NCBI RefSeq assembly: GCF_018350175.1
Contig: NC_058368.1
Coordinates: 42,162,001 to 42,226,000 of the forward strand
From: Felis catus
Lineage: Eukaryota
DNA: 64,000 nucleotides
Direction of reading: 5' to 3'
Shown: positions 1 to 13,860 of the stretch, in pieces
How the letters are laid out: each line of letters opens with the position of its first letter
Position numbering within the stretch: position 1 is the stretch's first letter
Program-made: the position numbers and the translations under genes
The notes under the pieces: generated by a model
Database searches by the model: none
The model's input: the letters and a program-made list of their open reading frames with translations, nothing else
Told to the model about the DNA's origin: nothing

Positions 1-297
1 ATGAAATGTGATTAGTTCCACCTGAGATGTGCTTGAAATGTAAAGTATACATTATATTTCAAAAGAAATATAAAATATTGCATTAATATTTTCACACTGA
101 TTTCATGTTGAAGTGATAATGTTTTAGATATATGGGATTAAATGAATCATATCATTAATATTAATTATTTAGTTAATGGATTAAAATTAATTTCCCCCCA
201 ATTCTTTTTACGTGTGCCAATACAGCTACTAGAAAATTTTAAATTACAAATGTGGCTTGCATTTGTGGCTTACATTGTATTTCTATTAGACAGCAGT
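1..297. mobile_element. MER33-like hAT-Charlie DNA transposon fossil, truncated by window start
   Basis: 'gctactagaaaattttaaattacaaatgtggcttgcatttgtggcttacattgtatttctattagacagc' and the upstream AT-rich body match the MER33 consensus as recalled. Confidence 0.7.
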
Positions 298-1566
298 TCT
301 CTAGAATTCATTTAGAGAGACTATCTTAAATAGGGGAGTATGTCCTGTAAGAGGTAATTACACATAACTTTAGTCAGATAAATAAGCTTTCTTTTCTGTC
401 AAATCATAATGGATATTATTAATATTTCTAAATTAATGACCCACTATACAGTATGGCTCATTTAACATAAATTAATCTAAACAATTCCACATTTATGTGT
501 TTTAGCTTTGTTCTTCCCATTGTAAGAACAGAAACTTTTTCTAAAGCAGCAGGGCTGGTCTAGACTAGAATCAAAGCAACTCCAAAGGCCATTTCAACTC
601 TCTGAAAGACACATACATGGTCTTTATTGCCCCATAGGTTTCTACTTGTCTCTGTATGCAGACTCTGGAATTCTCTCTAGCCCATGTTTTCTTGACTTCC
701 TGTCCTGCTTTATTCCTTGCCCCCCTCAGATTTGGCCCTTACACGATTCCCAAGGGCTGTCCTCCAGCCTCTCTCTAATTGTGATTTTTTTTTTTTTGCT
801 TTTGATCCCTGTGTTCTCAGTCGATCCCGCTTTATTTTAAAATTCACACTCCCTGCAAAGGGAATCTGGTTCTCCTTGTTTATCTTCTCATTCCCTGCTG
901 TAGCTCAAAGGTGACTGGCTAACCTCTGGATGCTATAACAATCAGGGACAAGGTTGTTTGGCAAAAAAAATCAAAGAGACACTCAGATCATACCTTTGCC
1001 CAGGGTATGAGCAGGGCAGTTTCTTTCAAAAGTGCCATTCTAAGCCAAATATATCATGAGTGATGTCATACACAGTGAAAGAAATGAAATAAACCTAATT
1101 GAAACTAATGAACAATGCCCAGTACAAAAATAGAAACTCCTATGTTTATCAAAAACATGCATAGTTTTTTAATAATCACTATTTTAATTCATTTTAGTGG
1201 ATTTAAAAATATATAGAAAACAAATATGAAAAAAATCCCACACACATTACTGAATGAAGAAACAAAATGAAGGAGATAATCATACTGCTGTATTTCTTAG
1301 TAATGTATAATATATTCATTAGACATTCCATATTCTTTCCCCTAAAAATTATCACTCCTTTCATCCCTATACATTTTCTGACTTACTTTAGGTACAACAC
1401 AGCAGAACTGAAATATCTTGAGCATTATAAAACTGCATTCAAGATGGCATAGTTATTCTTTTTAAATTCATTTTTAATGATTGCTCTATCATTGAATATG
1501 ATTTAATTTTATCTAAGGGCTGACATATAACAGAATAAATCTCCAATTTCAAGATGGTAAAATGGG

Positions 1567-1602
1567 ATTATATAATTGAGAAGAATTATATAATTGAGAA
1601 GA
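1567..1602. repeat. 18-bp perfect tandem duplication
   Basis: attatataattgagaaga x2 (1567-1584, 1585-1602). Confidence 0.9.
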
Positions 1603-1682
1603 ATTTCATAAACAGTTTAAACAGAAATTTCATTAAGGAAAGGACAGTGGTATCACAAGCATGAATAGTAGAAATTTAATTA

Positions 1683-2200
1683 TGCAGAAAAAGCTGTTGA
1701 TTGTGTCCCCCAACAACTATTCTTCTCTTCCACCTTAGTAATAGTACTGTAATATTTAGCTTTTTAGCTAGCACATGCCACCACACATTAAAAAAAAAAA
1801 AAAAAAAAAAAAGATCTGCCAGTGCCCCTTGCATCTAGGTACTACCAGATGGCCTCAGTTTGAGCCAATGAGATATCAGCAGAAATGTGTGAGACATGTG
1901 GGAAGTCTTCTGTAAAAGAGATTCACCCATTGTCCTTCCTTTCTGCTTCCAGTTACCTGGAATGAAGGAATCCAGTCTAGAGTTCAAATAACCTTCTAGG
2001 ATCTGTGGTGAACTTGAGAATGAAGCCATATACCAGGATGTTGCAGCAGGTCTCTGAGCACACAGGGAAGCAATCCAGAAACTTAAGACCACCCACCTCC
2101 AGACCTAATTTATATGCAGATAAATAAACCTCGGTATCTTTTAAGTGATTGTTATTTTGTGTTTTTCTATTACACGCAACTGAATCTAATCCTTACTGAT
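1683..2200 (+). mobile_element. MLT1J-like ERVL-MaLR solo LTR containing an A23 run at 1790-1812
   Basis: 'gccaatgagatatcagcagaaatg', 'aaataaacctc...tttaagtgattgttattttg...gcaactgaatctaatccttactgata' are typical of MLT1J. Confidence 0.65.
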
Positions 2201-3729
2201 AGATTATTACTAACATTAAAGTCATGTTCTTATTTTAACTCACATGGGCATTTTTTCCCAAAATCGTAAGTGTAAAACTTCTATTGGTGTCTTTACAAAA
2301 GGGTTATTTTAAAAAAAGGTCAAGCATATACTTCATAATACAAAATATTTAGACTGCCAATAGCATCTTTATATAAAAAGGTCAGTTAAAACATATTCCT
2401 GATGTCAATACATCTTGATATTATTTCCAAAAGGAAAATCATAATTATGATGCCTATACTTCCATAAACTATATGTAATCTCTAAGTAATAAATATATAT
2501 CTTAATAATTTTTCTAAACTTTAAAGGGATCTGCTGAAAATTATCTTTCCTTTTTCTCTCATTGTTGAAATTCTGCTTTAGTAACTCCACTGTTATTGAA
2601 ACTAATAAATCTAAAATGCATTAAAAATACTAATAATTGTTGTATATTTACCTTTAAGGAGGTGACACATGGGACGACTCTAACTGCAATTTTTGAATTT
2701 GTTTTATTCACTTAACATGACAACAGCTTTATTAGCCATGACATTAAATATCATTAGATATTATTAAGTTTGTTTAATGCTTTACCAAAATACAGCATGG
2801 TAACAAGTTAATAAATCCATGTCTGCATCAATTATGCCTTTGGAAAATTGGTGAGTGTAATTTTGAGTCCAAAAGTATGAGTATTTTTAATATTTTTGAT
2901 GAATATTTTCAAATTATTCTCTTTGAAAAGTGTATTATTTTAGTCTCCTTCACTGAGACTAGATTGATCATTTTTTTTTATTTTATGGACAATACTTTTG
3001 TTCAATTTGCATTCATTTGATTAATATATTTCTCTTGATTTTTAATATGAGAGAGGTAGACTTTTCCTAGAAACACTTACCTCAGAAAGCATATATCTGT
3101 CAAGGCAGGGATGGTGTCATTGGTTTTAGTCTGCTTCAGAAACTTACATTCTATTGATAAGTGACAGACCATCAGCAACATCAAAGTGACATATCTGCAA
3201 GTCTATCACTCTGATCTACATCCTCTTATTTTGTCATCCAATAGAAAGCGGCTAGCAGAATGTAATGATTCATATACTATTTCACCATTTTCCTCACTTG
3301 AAGAGCATCACTGAACACGGCATATGTGGGACATCCTGACTTTTGCTCACTGATTAGTGTTGAGGTTTCATGGTTCCTACCAAAAAAAATTTAACTACTT
3401 AAGAATGTCATTTATCTAGTTCATAGAGACTGGAGGAGACAGCAATGATAAATTTTCACATTTAAAAAAAAATAATAGTGATATGAACATAATACTGTTA
3501 TAATACAACTATGTAACAATTTTGACAATAGATCATTGCTCAGTATTATATTATTACTTCATGCCATGTTACCTCACTTAATTTCTTAGTTCTTTATGAA
3601 GTAAAGTTTTAATCTCTACATTTATATTGCTCTGAGAGCTTTATCAATGTTTTCCTGGTCACAGAGCTAATTAGCCCCAGTGGTAAGTTGGTTGAAGGCT
3701 CAATATCCATTTCTTCCTATCCACTTCAT

Positions 3730-4200
3730 TATAGACCCTTGGTGTCATTTGAGGTGTCTACTTCTGCCACATACAGCCACATGCACCAAGAACAGCAGGG
3801 CACATGCCAAGCTCCAGAAAGTAAATCCTCATGAGGATCAGCCATGTGGTATTGCCCTGGTGACTGCTCCTGTTCAAGGATTAGAACCATTATATAAGCT
3901 GGTCCAACAGGATCAAAGGAGAAAGTTTCATGTTTGGGGAAGAGGTCTGCTTTTATGGACTCCTGCATGTAAAGGAAACTGTCCAAATTGTCACTCACAT
4001 CTATCTTGTAAACATGAGAACAGGAATAAATCTGATGCTAGACAGAATATAGAAGAAAGTTCTGGATTTCTCCACATTGTTGAGTCATTGATCTGATTGT
4101 GTCAAGATAATTAAGTGAAATACACATTTTCTTATTTTTTAAAAAAACAGTTTGAATCAGGTTTTCGATTAGTTGTAGCTCAAATCATCCAATTTATTCC
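3730..4200 (+). mobile_element. Degenerate MLT1-like (J/K) LTR fragment
   Basis: 3' motif 'cagtttgaatcaggttttcgattagttgtagctcaaatcatcc' resembles an MLT1 LTR end; boundaries approximate. Confidence 0.4.
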
Positions 4201-4952
4201 TTTGGCCTACCAGAGCATCAACCATCTTCCTTCAACTGTCCTATCCTTCCAGAAAGTAGGGCTAGGGAAAATGCCATTTGGGTAGACATAGGATTTAAGG
4301 GTAGCAAATAGTTTAATGATTCAAACTGGAAACCCTGTCAATTAAGACAAAGTTGTTCAGTGGAGAAAATTTAACCTTGATTAAATTTTTAAAAAATGAA
4401 ACATAAGAAAAAGTCTTTGGCTTGTAGAATAAGGAGAGCGAAAAAAATCACAACCAATGGTGTGTTACAGGAGATGTCTAAGCAGCATATTAAAAAAGGC
4501 CAAAGAAGACAACAGAGAGGATAGCAATAGATTCTCAAAAGCAAATCAAAATATTAATCTGACTTCCTAAACGAATGCTCCCAAACCACTAAGACTTAGT
4601 TAAAAATTAATCCTGATTGGAAAATGTAGGTGGGAAGTAGAATTCATAATGGATTTCTAGTCTATGATAGTCTGCCACCGAAGTAATCAGGTTTGCTACT
4701 TGTGTTTGTGTGAGTGTATGTGTTTATAGTAAGTTGCATGAATCAAATACCTTCAATGTTGTTTGGTGTAACTCTCCTCTCTTAAACTAGTATCTCTGAC
4801 ATACAAGGTTGGAAAAGAACACACTCAGTAAAAAACACAGAATGCTTTCTATATGATACTGTATTATTAATGTTTTTCCAAAGTGAGGACTGTTAAAATG
4901 TGAAAGTTAAGAAAATGTTAAATTTGTAATTGCTGCTTTATTTTAGTTATTT

Positions 4953-4982
4953 TTATTTTTTTAATATTTATTTATTTACTTT

Positions 4983-5021
<39 letters not shown>

Positions 5022-5152
5022 GGGAGAAGCCAACAGAGGGAAAGAGAGAATCCCAAGCAGGCATGGGGCTCACTCTCACAAACTGTGAGATCATGACGTG
5101 AGCTGAAATCAAGAGTCACACACTTAGCTGACTGAGTCACCCAGGTGCCCCC
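4953..5152 (-). mobile_element. Can-SINE (SINEC), older copy
   Basis: Reverse-complement head 'ccaggtgccccc', (GA)n tract and T-rich tail. Confidence 0.92.
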
Positions 5153-5165
5153 ACTTTAGTTATTT

Positions 5166-5377
5166 AAAAAAAAATTAACGTTTATTTATTTTTGAGACAG
5201 AGAGAGACAGAGCATGAACGGGGGAGGGTCAGAGAGAGAGAGACACAGAATCTGAAACAGGCTCCAGGCTCCGAGCTGTCAGCACAGAGCCCGACGCGGG
5301 GCTCGAACTCACGGACCGTGAGATCTTGACCTGAGCCGAAGTCGGCTGCCCAACCGACTGAGCCACCTAGGCACCCC
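5166..5377 (-). mobile_element. Can-SINE, felid type
   Basis: Full head with A/B-box region, CpGs largely retained; flanks actttagttattt / actttaattattt. Confidence 0.95.
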
Positions 5378-5739
5378 ATACTTTAATTATTTTAAATAAT
5401 GCTTTTGAATTGTAACCCAGTGATTTTCAAACGTAGCTAGCCTTTAGAATCCTCTGGTGAGAATTTTTTCCCCAACCAATTAAAGACCCGGTGCTATGAA
5501 GTCCTTACTGTCAAGGAGAATATACACCTTCTATATTACCAATGGACCATATTAAAGTCTTTGATAGGAAAGTATGTTGAGGAAATTAACTCACTTTTTA
5601 AAAAGAGGAATTCTTCAAAATTTAAAGATATAGACCTTGTAAATGAAAAATCTTGTTTTTGCATCTTTTTTGGTTTTGTTTTTATCATTTCATCTCATGT
5701 TCAAAGCAGTCAGGGAGATGGCATGGGCACAAGACCCCA

Positions 5740-5833
5740 GGACTTGGTTTAAATCCCTGTTTACCATGTTACTGTTTGACAACCTTGAGTAAATTATATG
5801 CTTTGACTGTTGCCTTCATCATCTGTAATTACA

Positions 5834-5872
<39 letters not shown>

Positions 5873-5955
5873 TATATATGTCATAGGAATGTGACTGTTA
5901 CGTTGAATGGCATTTGTAAAGGCATTTAATAATGCCTGGCACATTTAGCATCCCT
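5740..5955 (+). mobile_element. MIR with internal (TAA)n expansion at about 5835-5870
   Basis: MIR core 'accttgagtaaatt...catcatctgtaa...gtaaaggcattt...tgcctggcaca'. Confidence 0.6.
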
Positions 5956-6316
5956 CTGTTGTTCTAATATTAAGTGTTGGAATTGCTTGCTGGCCCACAG
6001 ACTTCCCCACTCTGAATTTCAGGGTGAAATTTCAGTCTATTATCTCCCAGGGTACACAGAGAAACAGTATTTGTTTCTCCCTAGGCTTCAGGTCAATATC
6101 TTAAAGGCTCTAAGGAAAAATCAAAACAAAATAAAGCAATAAACATCCCAGCAAATTAAACTCATCCTACTATGTCCTCCCTGTTAATCTTCCTTCTTTC
6201 CTGGCAACAGAAGATACAGAGTTTTGTCGAGATAAAAGTTCCACTCTGACTAGCACATCCAGAATTTCCTTGGTTCTTTACAAATCCACTGGGCTTTAAA
6301 AATTGCTCCCCTCTTT

Positions 6317-6552
6317 GGGGTGCCTGGGTGGCTCAGTGGGTGGAGTCAGACTTCAGCTTAGGTCATGATCTTGCTGTTGGTGGGTTCGAGCTCTGCTTCA
6401 GGCTCTGTGCTGACAGCTCAGAGCCTGGAGCCTGCCTCAGATTCTGTGTCTCCTTCTGTCTCTGCCCCTCCCCTGCTCCTTCTCTTCCTCTCTCTCTCTC
6501 TCTCTCCCTTGCCCTCTCTCTCTCTCTCTCAAAAATATAAACATTAAAAAAA
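6317..6552 (+). mobile_element. Can-SINE
   Basis: 'ggggtgcctgggtggctcagt...', (CT)n, A-rich tail. Confidence 0.95.
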
Positions 6553-6629
6553 TTGGTCTGCTCTTCTTCCTCTCCTGGTCTTCCCCAAGAAGACTCAGCA
6601 ATTGTGACACTCAAGCAACAGTTACAACA

Positions 6630-6840
6630 AACATCACCATTTATGAGTGCTTTCCATGTGTCAAGGGTCTGAAGTGAGACATTTATAGATGCTGTCCAAT
6701 TTGGTTCTTATAAAGTCCCTTTGGATTATGGGTAATTCAGACCCTGAGGAACTTGCTCAAATTCAGTTGGGTGGCATCTGGCAAAGCTGAGATGTGTGTA
6801 AATGTCTATCTGACTCTGTAGTCCAGACTCTTAACCGGCA
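6630..6840 (-). mobile_element. MIR fragment
   Basis: 'ccatttatgagtgctttccatgtgtcaagg...tctgactctgtagtccagactcttaacc'. Confidence 0.5.
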
Positions 6841-7239
6841 CTCTTCCATCTCGAGGCAATCTTGTAGGTGGCTTACAGCTCCTATTAGCCAGGCCATTAG
6901 CATTGGAAGAATTTCTATTTCAACCAGTGCCTGCTGTTCTAGGCATAATGAAATGTTTCTTTCCTTGGCAACTGGGTAAACTTAAATTTTCACCTTTAAC
7001 TTATCAAAATAGTCTCCATATAGTAAGGCATTCATTTATCCACAGTGATTTCTTTTTTTTCGGTTAGGAAGTTTTTAATTGTGAACCTAGTGTTGACTGA
7101 CAGAGCAACTGAAGCTACTTCCAGACTCCAAAATGGATTACATATGTCTTCCTGGCTCAATATCCTCTATTAGTAAAGCAAAATTTAAGACTGCAACTTC
7201 CGCTGGCCCTGTTTCCCTCTTTCCTGTTTTATTGGTCTT

Positions 7240-7430
7240 GCTAACAGTTACCATGTTACAATATACCCCATAATTTGTCTGCTTCTTTTGTTTATTATCT
7301 GGCCCTCCTTCATAAAATGCAAGCTCCATGAAGACAGAATTTTTGTCAGTGTTGTTTGCTGCTATATCCTCCATGTTTAGAATAATATCTAACATATAAT
7401 ATATGTTTAGCAAATATTTGCTAAATTAAT
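7240..7430 (+). mobile_element. L2 3' end fragment
   Basis: 'aatgcaagctccatgaagacagaattttgtcagtgttgtttgctgctatatcc...aaatatttg'. Confidence 0.6.
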
Positions 7431-7479
7431 GTTTAAAAAGTGAACAATAGATATGTCTATTCTTTGGTAGAGGATTCTG

Positions 7480-8290
7480 TTAATTTTGAGTAATGCTAAA
7501 GTCTGCAATACTTTATCAAGCAAGATTATTTCCAGAAAACCTATTTTGTAGTAGAATAGCTGGATTATGGGGCATTTACTAGGTAATGCTAACCTATAGT
7601 TAAAGTGGATCTTCCAATTTTTGTTTCCAAGATGAATAAGGATTTCACAGAAGCCGCATGCAGACCACTTGGTATTGTAAGACTTCAATTTTTTTTTCAA
7701 CCTGAGAGGTGTGAAATGGTATTTCACTATAATTTTACTAGCATTTCCCTCATAATTAACAAGATGAGACATCATTTCATACAACTGTAATTCTTTCTTT
7801 CCTGTAAAATTACTTTGCCAATTATTTCCCAATGGATTATTGTTTTTGTTCTTATTGATTCATAAGAGTTCATTATATACTTTGCACAGTAATCGTTCAT
7901 AGATTTCAGACTAAATAAGTGGAAAATATGTTCCAGTTAATGGTTTAACTTTTCTTTCACGTCTGGTAACTTCACATAAAGTTTCTTATTAATTGTGTTT
8001 GAACATATTAGACTTTTTCTTCACAGTATATAATTTTTTGTATATTTTAAAAGAGGCTCTGGTACTGCAGAGATATATTTCTATATTGACTTCTACAAGT
8101 TACCTAGTTTTTCCTTACATACTTTGTTCTTCAATGCATCTGGGGTTGATTTTTGGGTATGGTGTGAGACAGGAGGCTATTTAATGTTTTTCTTCAAATG
8201 AATAACCAACTCTCCCATCAATATCTATTGAAAATTCTATCCTTAACCCAATGATATGCAATGCCACCTCTCTTATATATCAAATATCAC
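7480..8290 (-). mobile_element. Old LINE-1 (L1M) ORF2 3' region fragment
   Basis: 'gtgtgaaatggtatttcact...gcatttccctcataattaacaagatgagacatcatttcata' and 'tttttgggtatggtgtgagacagg' resemble antisense L1 ORF2. Confidence 0.7.
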
Positions 8291-11200
8291 TATTTCCTTT
8301 TTGACTGCCCCATCTCATATATAGTTTTAAACAATATTCCTCCATTTGGCCAGAAACCCGTCACCCTGTTTTTAATCTGTGAAACTTTATACAGGATTCA
8401 AGAAGAAATCTCATGTCATACAGGAATCTAACCACCTAAGCTGTTTTTAAAATTGTATTTTATCTACACCAGTCAATGTAAGTTCTCTGTGGGAGTTACA
8501 TTTCAATAAATAATCAATCAAACACAATGTAGGAAAGTTAATGCTCAAATGTGAGACAATTTCTAAACAGGCAATTTACTATCACTATGCAAATTTTCTA
8601 GCTCTGAGCCTGTAGCAAGGCAGACCCTATTGTGTAAGGTTAGCTATCATCTTTCACCACGCAGTGGATTTATTGCCAGAGTAGGTGGAGTGACTTCACT
8701 TTCTCTTGTAGCTCTGTTAATCTGCAATACTGCGAGAGCAAGGCTTTGCACATTAACACATCAGGGAATTAATACATTTTAAATAAATACAGCAAAATCA
8801 AGGTTGGTGAGTCAGAGCACACAGAGAATTTAATGTTTGACAATTATTTTATGTTTTGAATTTGTGAAGTAGTCAGTATAGTATAACTTGGGCAGTGTTT
8901 TATAAAAATAATTAAGTGTATGTTTAAAAGAGAGCTCTTTACAAGGCTATGCTGGAAAACGCTTCAGTGAAATAAATTTAGGCTCTTGGCACTGTTCAAA
9001 TGACTAACTCTGCAGGACTGTAAAGATTTTGAGATTTACATGTAATGCATACGATAACATTTTGTTGTAACAGCTTTCTAAACATATATAAACCACACTA
9101 TCTTTAATCTTGTTCTATCATGTGAACTTTCCTACAATATAAGTATTATAGTGTATCAATTACCACCCAAATATATCGAATTATGTCCCCAAAAATCTTT
9201 GTTGACCCAAAGTCAATACATACTTATTCTAAGACTCTTAAAGACCTGGGTTATGAATTTTACAATGGAAATCAATAATTTCCTATTTAGAATGCTTACT
9301 TTGCTACACCAGAGCACTTTGCAAATTTCACTTCACAAAACTCCAATGGTCTATAAAAGGCATATTCATGTGGTTTTATGTAATACAGCCATTGAAAATA
9401 TTTTTCTTCTTGGTCAGTTTATCACCTTCAGGATTTATTCCAGGGTCATGAAGAATTCCAAAGTAGTAGGAAACTGACTATATTAATATATACAGCTGGG
9501 GATAAACTATTACAAGGATGTGCCAGTTAAAATTATGTGAACATGAGCTTTTATTAAATATTAACACATGCATACATATTAATTCTATACAGTTAGGAGA
9601 AAATAGAGTATATACATGTGGCTTATTATAAAACCAAAGCCTGTGATAATTTGTTGCATTACTATATGTTACCTTTGAAAATGTCTGATCGCTAAATTGA
9701 CTCTATGTGCATATATATATAAATATATATATATACCCACACACACATACATATATGTCATGTATATATGCCTATGAGTGCATACATAGGTCACACATGT
9801 GTCGTATACATGTCATAGATATGTTGCATATATTATGTATAAGATATTTGCTACATACAACATTCATAATATGTATAGACTTAATTTTGTGATTAGAATT
9901 TTTTTCAATAATATATTTGTGGATTTTGCACTTAAGGGTAGAATGACAAAGCAAATCAAACACTAAACAAGAATATTCAGAGTAGTTACATAGGGTATAT
10001 TGGTATCTAAAATATTAAATAGAATCACTGAAATAATTTAAAAATAATTTCAACAGTGAATCAAAGAATGAGTAATATTTTCCCCTTGGTTGGTTGGATT
10101 CCATTATTATGGAGGGATCCTTTGTAAAACAAAACAAATACAAAAAGATTAAAATTGCCATTTGCTACCAAATTAACAATCTCACAATATTGCATATGTA
10201 ATATATAAAAAATAGACAACACAGTAGCTTAAAATGCATCGTCATATGACAGTCAGAAAACCTGAAATCTGGCTCTACATTTAATCTGTGAACATCTATC
10301 ATATACCAGTTCTCATCTTCAGAGAACTTGGACTCTACTGATTTACTGTTAATTAACCATGATTGTATTCACGCTTCAAGCCTACAGTGATATATATTTA
10401 CCTATAATCTTTCATCAAATATTAGATTTACTGCAAGAGTGGGTGTAGTGAATTAAGATAAGAATAATATAGCTAGAAAATAATTTAATGCTACCCTAGA
10501 TGAATCATTGATTTCGAAGGTGAGGAAAAGGAGGACCCAAGATGTAATTAATTTTAAATATCACTACTACATTGAATCTAGTGATACCATACACTCATGT
10601 TATCACTGCACTGAAATATATCTAAACAACCCTCATGTTGTCTTTCAACATTTGTAATGTTCTTATTTATTTATTAGTAGTGCCAAAACACTTAATTGGA
10701 GTATTATGAAATGAGTTATTGTTCTGTCAAATTTATCTCTCTTTGTAGAAAAATATATGATCATCTCGTTTAAAATCCAAGGGAAGAAAAAGAGGGTATA
10801 AGGACTTGGCTATTAGAACCTAATTTCTTTCAGAAAGAATTGTGTTGAAAACACAACATCTGTTGTACTTGATTATTGAAGCTTTATTTTCATTGGCTTC
10901 CCCAAAAAATGCTGCTACATTCAAGCAAGTAGATTAAATGTTATTAGCTTTAATACCTTTTAAAACAAGTAATCTGTTGAAGTGATAATGGAATTTAAAG
11001 TAAGTACATTCATTAAATTGGTTTTTACACTATTGTGGTTTCCCTGTTGGCCACATGAATCTCTAAACCTGACACTGCTAATTACAATTATAATAAACGG
11101 TATATGTATACATGATTAACTTCACCCTACACTTAAAGCAGACATAGAGGTAATTGAAGAACTCTACTGTCATATATAATTCTAAAAAAGAAAAACTGTG

Positions 11201-11336
11201 TTTGCTATTTTATTTGTCTTACAAATAAGAAATAGAGGTTATTCACATAAATGCACGAACCCATTATAATCAGAAATTTAGACTGCAACAATTACTTGCT
11301 AACTTACTATTGGATGAAAGGTAATGAGACTCATTG

Positions 11337-11390
11337 GGAAGGGAGGGAAGGAGGAGGGAAGGAAGGAAGGAAAGAAGGAAGGAAGGAAGG
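11337..11390. repeat. (GGAA)n-like microsatellite
   Basis: ggaagggagggaaggaggagggaaggaaggaagg... Confidence 0.9.
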
Positions 11391-12028
11391 TTACTGGAGA
11401 ACATCCAAGAGCAATCTTCCCATACTAATACACCCCAATTTAGATTTGCAGTTACTTAGGCTTGAAGAATTGGCTCCACTGTTATACATGGCTAGAGGCA
11501 TAGTTTCAATACTTCTTTTTGTGTCAAGACACCTGTCTTTTTACTTCAGTGCCAGAAGGGTTTAGCATCTTGTCACTGAAGCAACACAGCCTGCACATTT
11601 ATAGGTGTCACTCACTCTACCATCTGTTCCTTAGGATAACAGCCACCATTATCACCCAGCCTCCACCTGAGGCTTTAACAATCTCTGTGGATTAAAGTTC
11701 AGATCTACAAGGAAGAATGGTTAGCAGTAATGTTGCCATTCAACTTTGCTTGACCTTAACTCTATTGCTGTCAATACTGTATTGCAGCCTGCTAACTTGC
11801 GTTTTCATCCTGTATGTATATTGTACTGTGAAGTTCTTGATTAAGCAATGAAAGCATATAAAAGCCTTTGCACTGTTATTAGCATTTTTGGTCTTTTTTT
11901 CTGCTTTTACTTTATCAAAACACTCAAGGCTAGATCTATAGTATTTTAATAAATATATTTAAAGTGAATGAACCCTAATGAAATTTCAGTTCTAGGGTCA
12001 CTAATCAGATAGTTTCATAAATGGAATT

Positions 12029-12030
<2 letters not shown>

Positions 12031-12069
<39 letters not shown>
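12031..12069. repeat. (AC)19 microsatellite
   Basis: Direct reading. Confidence 0.97.
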
Positions 12070-12072
<3 letters not shown>

Positions 12073-13464
12073 TGAAATAAGAAAAAAGGATGGTATTGTG
12101 TTGAAAGCTAACCAACACATGATAACCAAGTTCTGAAGGACTTATTTAATATGACATCAATTATTTTTCCTTTGTAGTCTAAAATAAATAACATTGTGTA
12201 TAAATATAAATTATAACATGATTAACAAATACTTACAGCCTACACTTTCATAAAAGGTAGCACCTGACAATTTATATATATCTTTAACCAAACAATTCTA
12301 GTCAATATATAACTGGAGGAAAATATTGCAATGTGATATTTTCCCATTCTTAATTTACTCTCCTTCTTTACTGGTGAAATGAAATGTTTCCACATTAGAA
12401 GTGTTTTTTTTTATGCCCCCTGTATTTTAATGGCTGTCATTATTTTTATAAAAGGTACTCTTCCACATTCAAATGATAGGGAAAAGGAAGTGGGCTCTGT
12501 TTATTCATTACCGATCAAGCTAATAAAAATGTTTTGCAAAGATGGTAAAACATGATAATGCTGTCAATTTAAAGCAGTTCATTACGAGGAGGAACGTTTG
12601 TGCTCATTTTGTTCTACAACTGAACTTTTACTGTGGCTATAAAACAGCATCCCTTTGTTACTACAAACAGTGAAGTCTGCTATATCCTCTTGCTCTCCCC
12701 ACCAATTTGTTTATGTGTGTGCTCACTGCTTTTAGAAGGATTCAGCTCCTCTCTCCTCTGGGAAGCAGTAACTGTTGCCCAGTAATGTTCTAGGATGGCT
12801 GTCTGCAAACTCACTCCCCCATTTTATACAGGCAATATTAGCAGGTTAATCAGTGACTTACTCTATGAAACAAATAGTTTAGGGTTTCACTGCACTATAT
12901 TCCTATGACAATCAGTGTGATCTTTGGGAGCATTTTTGGAGACCAGTTATCACTAGCCATTGGCTTATGGGGAACTGGTGGCTTTCATCTTAAGTTGTGT
13001 CATGACTACACCTGATCCATTTAAATATGTGTGAAGGAAGCTCATTTCTTTAGCCAGTTCACACTTACAATAGAATGATGGTATTTCTGTAATGTGCACA
13101 GAAGCTGAAGAACAATAATGTTGCAGCCCCTTGTATGCAAAACATGTGAGCCTACCAAGGAACAACGTGATAATGTCAATGTAACGTTCTCATTATTGCA
13201 GTGGTATCGCTTGTAACTAAGTTCTTCAATTAGTAACAATCACTTAAGAGGAACCCAAGTCTACTACAGATAGTGGCAACTTCCTCAAACAATTCTGCTT
13301 CTCTAGTTTGAAAAAGAAATTAAGTACAACTGTTTTTAAGTTCTGGATGATATTGATATAAGGCAAATATAACTCAGTGATCCCAATAGGAAGTATATAT
13401 ACATAATAAACTGAACAAATGAAAAAAATAGCATTATTCAGAATATAGTTTTGTTCTAGAGAAT

Positions 13465-13860
13465 TAATTCACTCAACAAATATTTATTGAGCTTCTTCCA
13501 CACATTGTTTATAAAAAATGATGAATAAAATAGCTCCTGCCTTCAAGAAAGACAATGTCTATGGAGATAGACATGTAGATAATCATACTATATTTGCATT
13601 ATTGATATAGTAAGTGCCAATCAAAGTGCATTAATGTTCACGAAGATAATAGCAGAGTAGGAGAAGTAGGAGAATGTTAGACAAAGTCATAAAGAAAAGG
13701 AAAAGTTTCATTTTTGACTTTAAAATATGGGTAGTGGGGAAGAAATTTCTGTGCAAAGAAAATAAAAGGTGCAAAGACATAAAGCAAAGAAATAATATGG
13801 CTCAGTAAAGTAAATTTCAAGAAATTTGATACGACTAATTCATACATTGAGACAGAACAA
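13465..13860 (-). mobile_element. L2 fragment
   Basis: 'ttcactcaacaaatatttattgagc...ctcctgccttcaaga' is the antisense L2 3' end. Confidence 0.5.

Noticed and set aside
3680..4096. 138-aa ORF and its antisense 89-aa ORF
   Set aside because: They overlap a decayed MLT1-like LTR, show no recognisable domain and have no splice structure.
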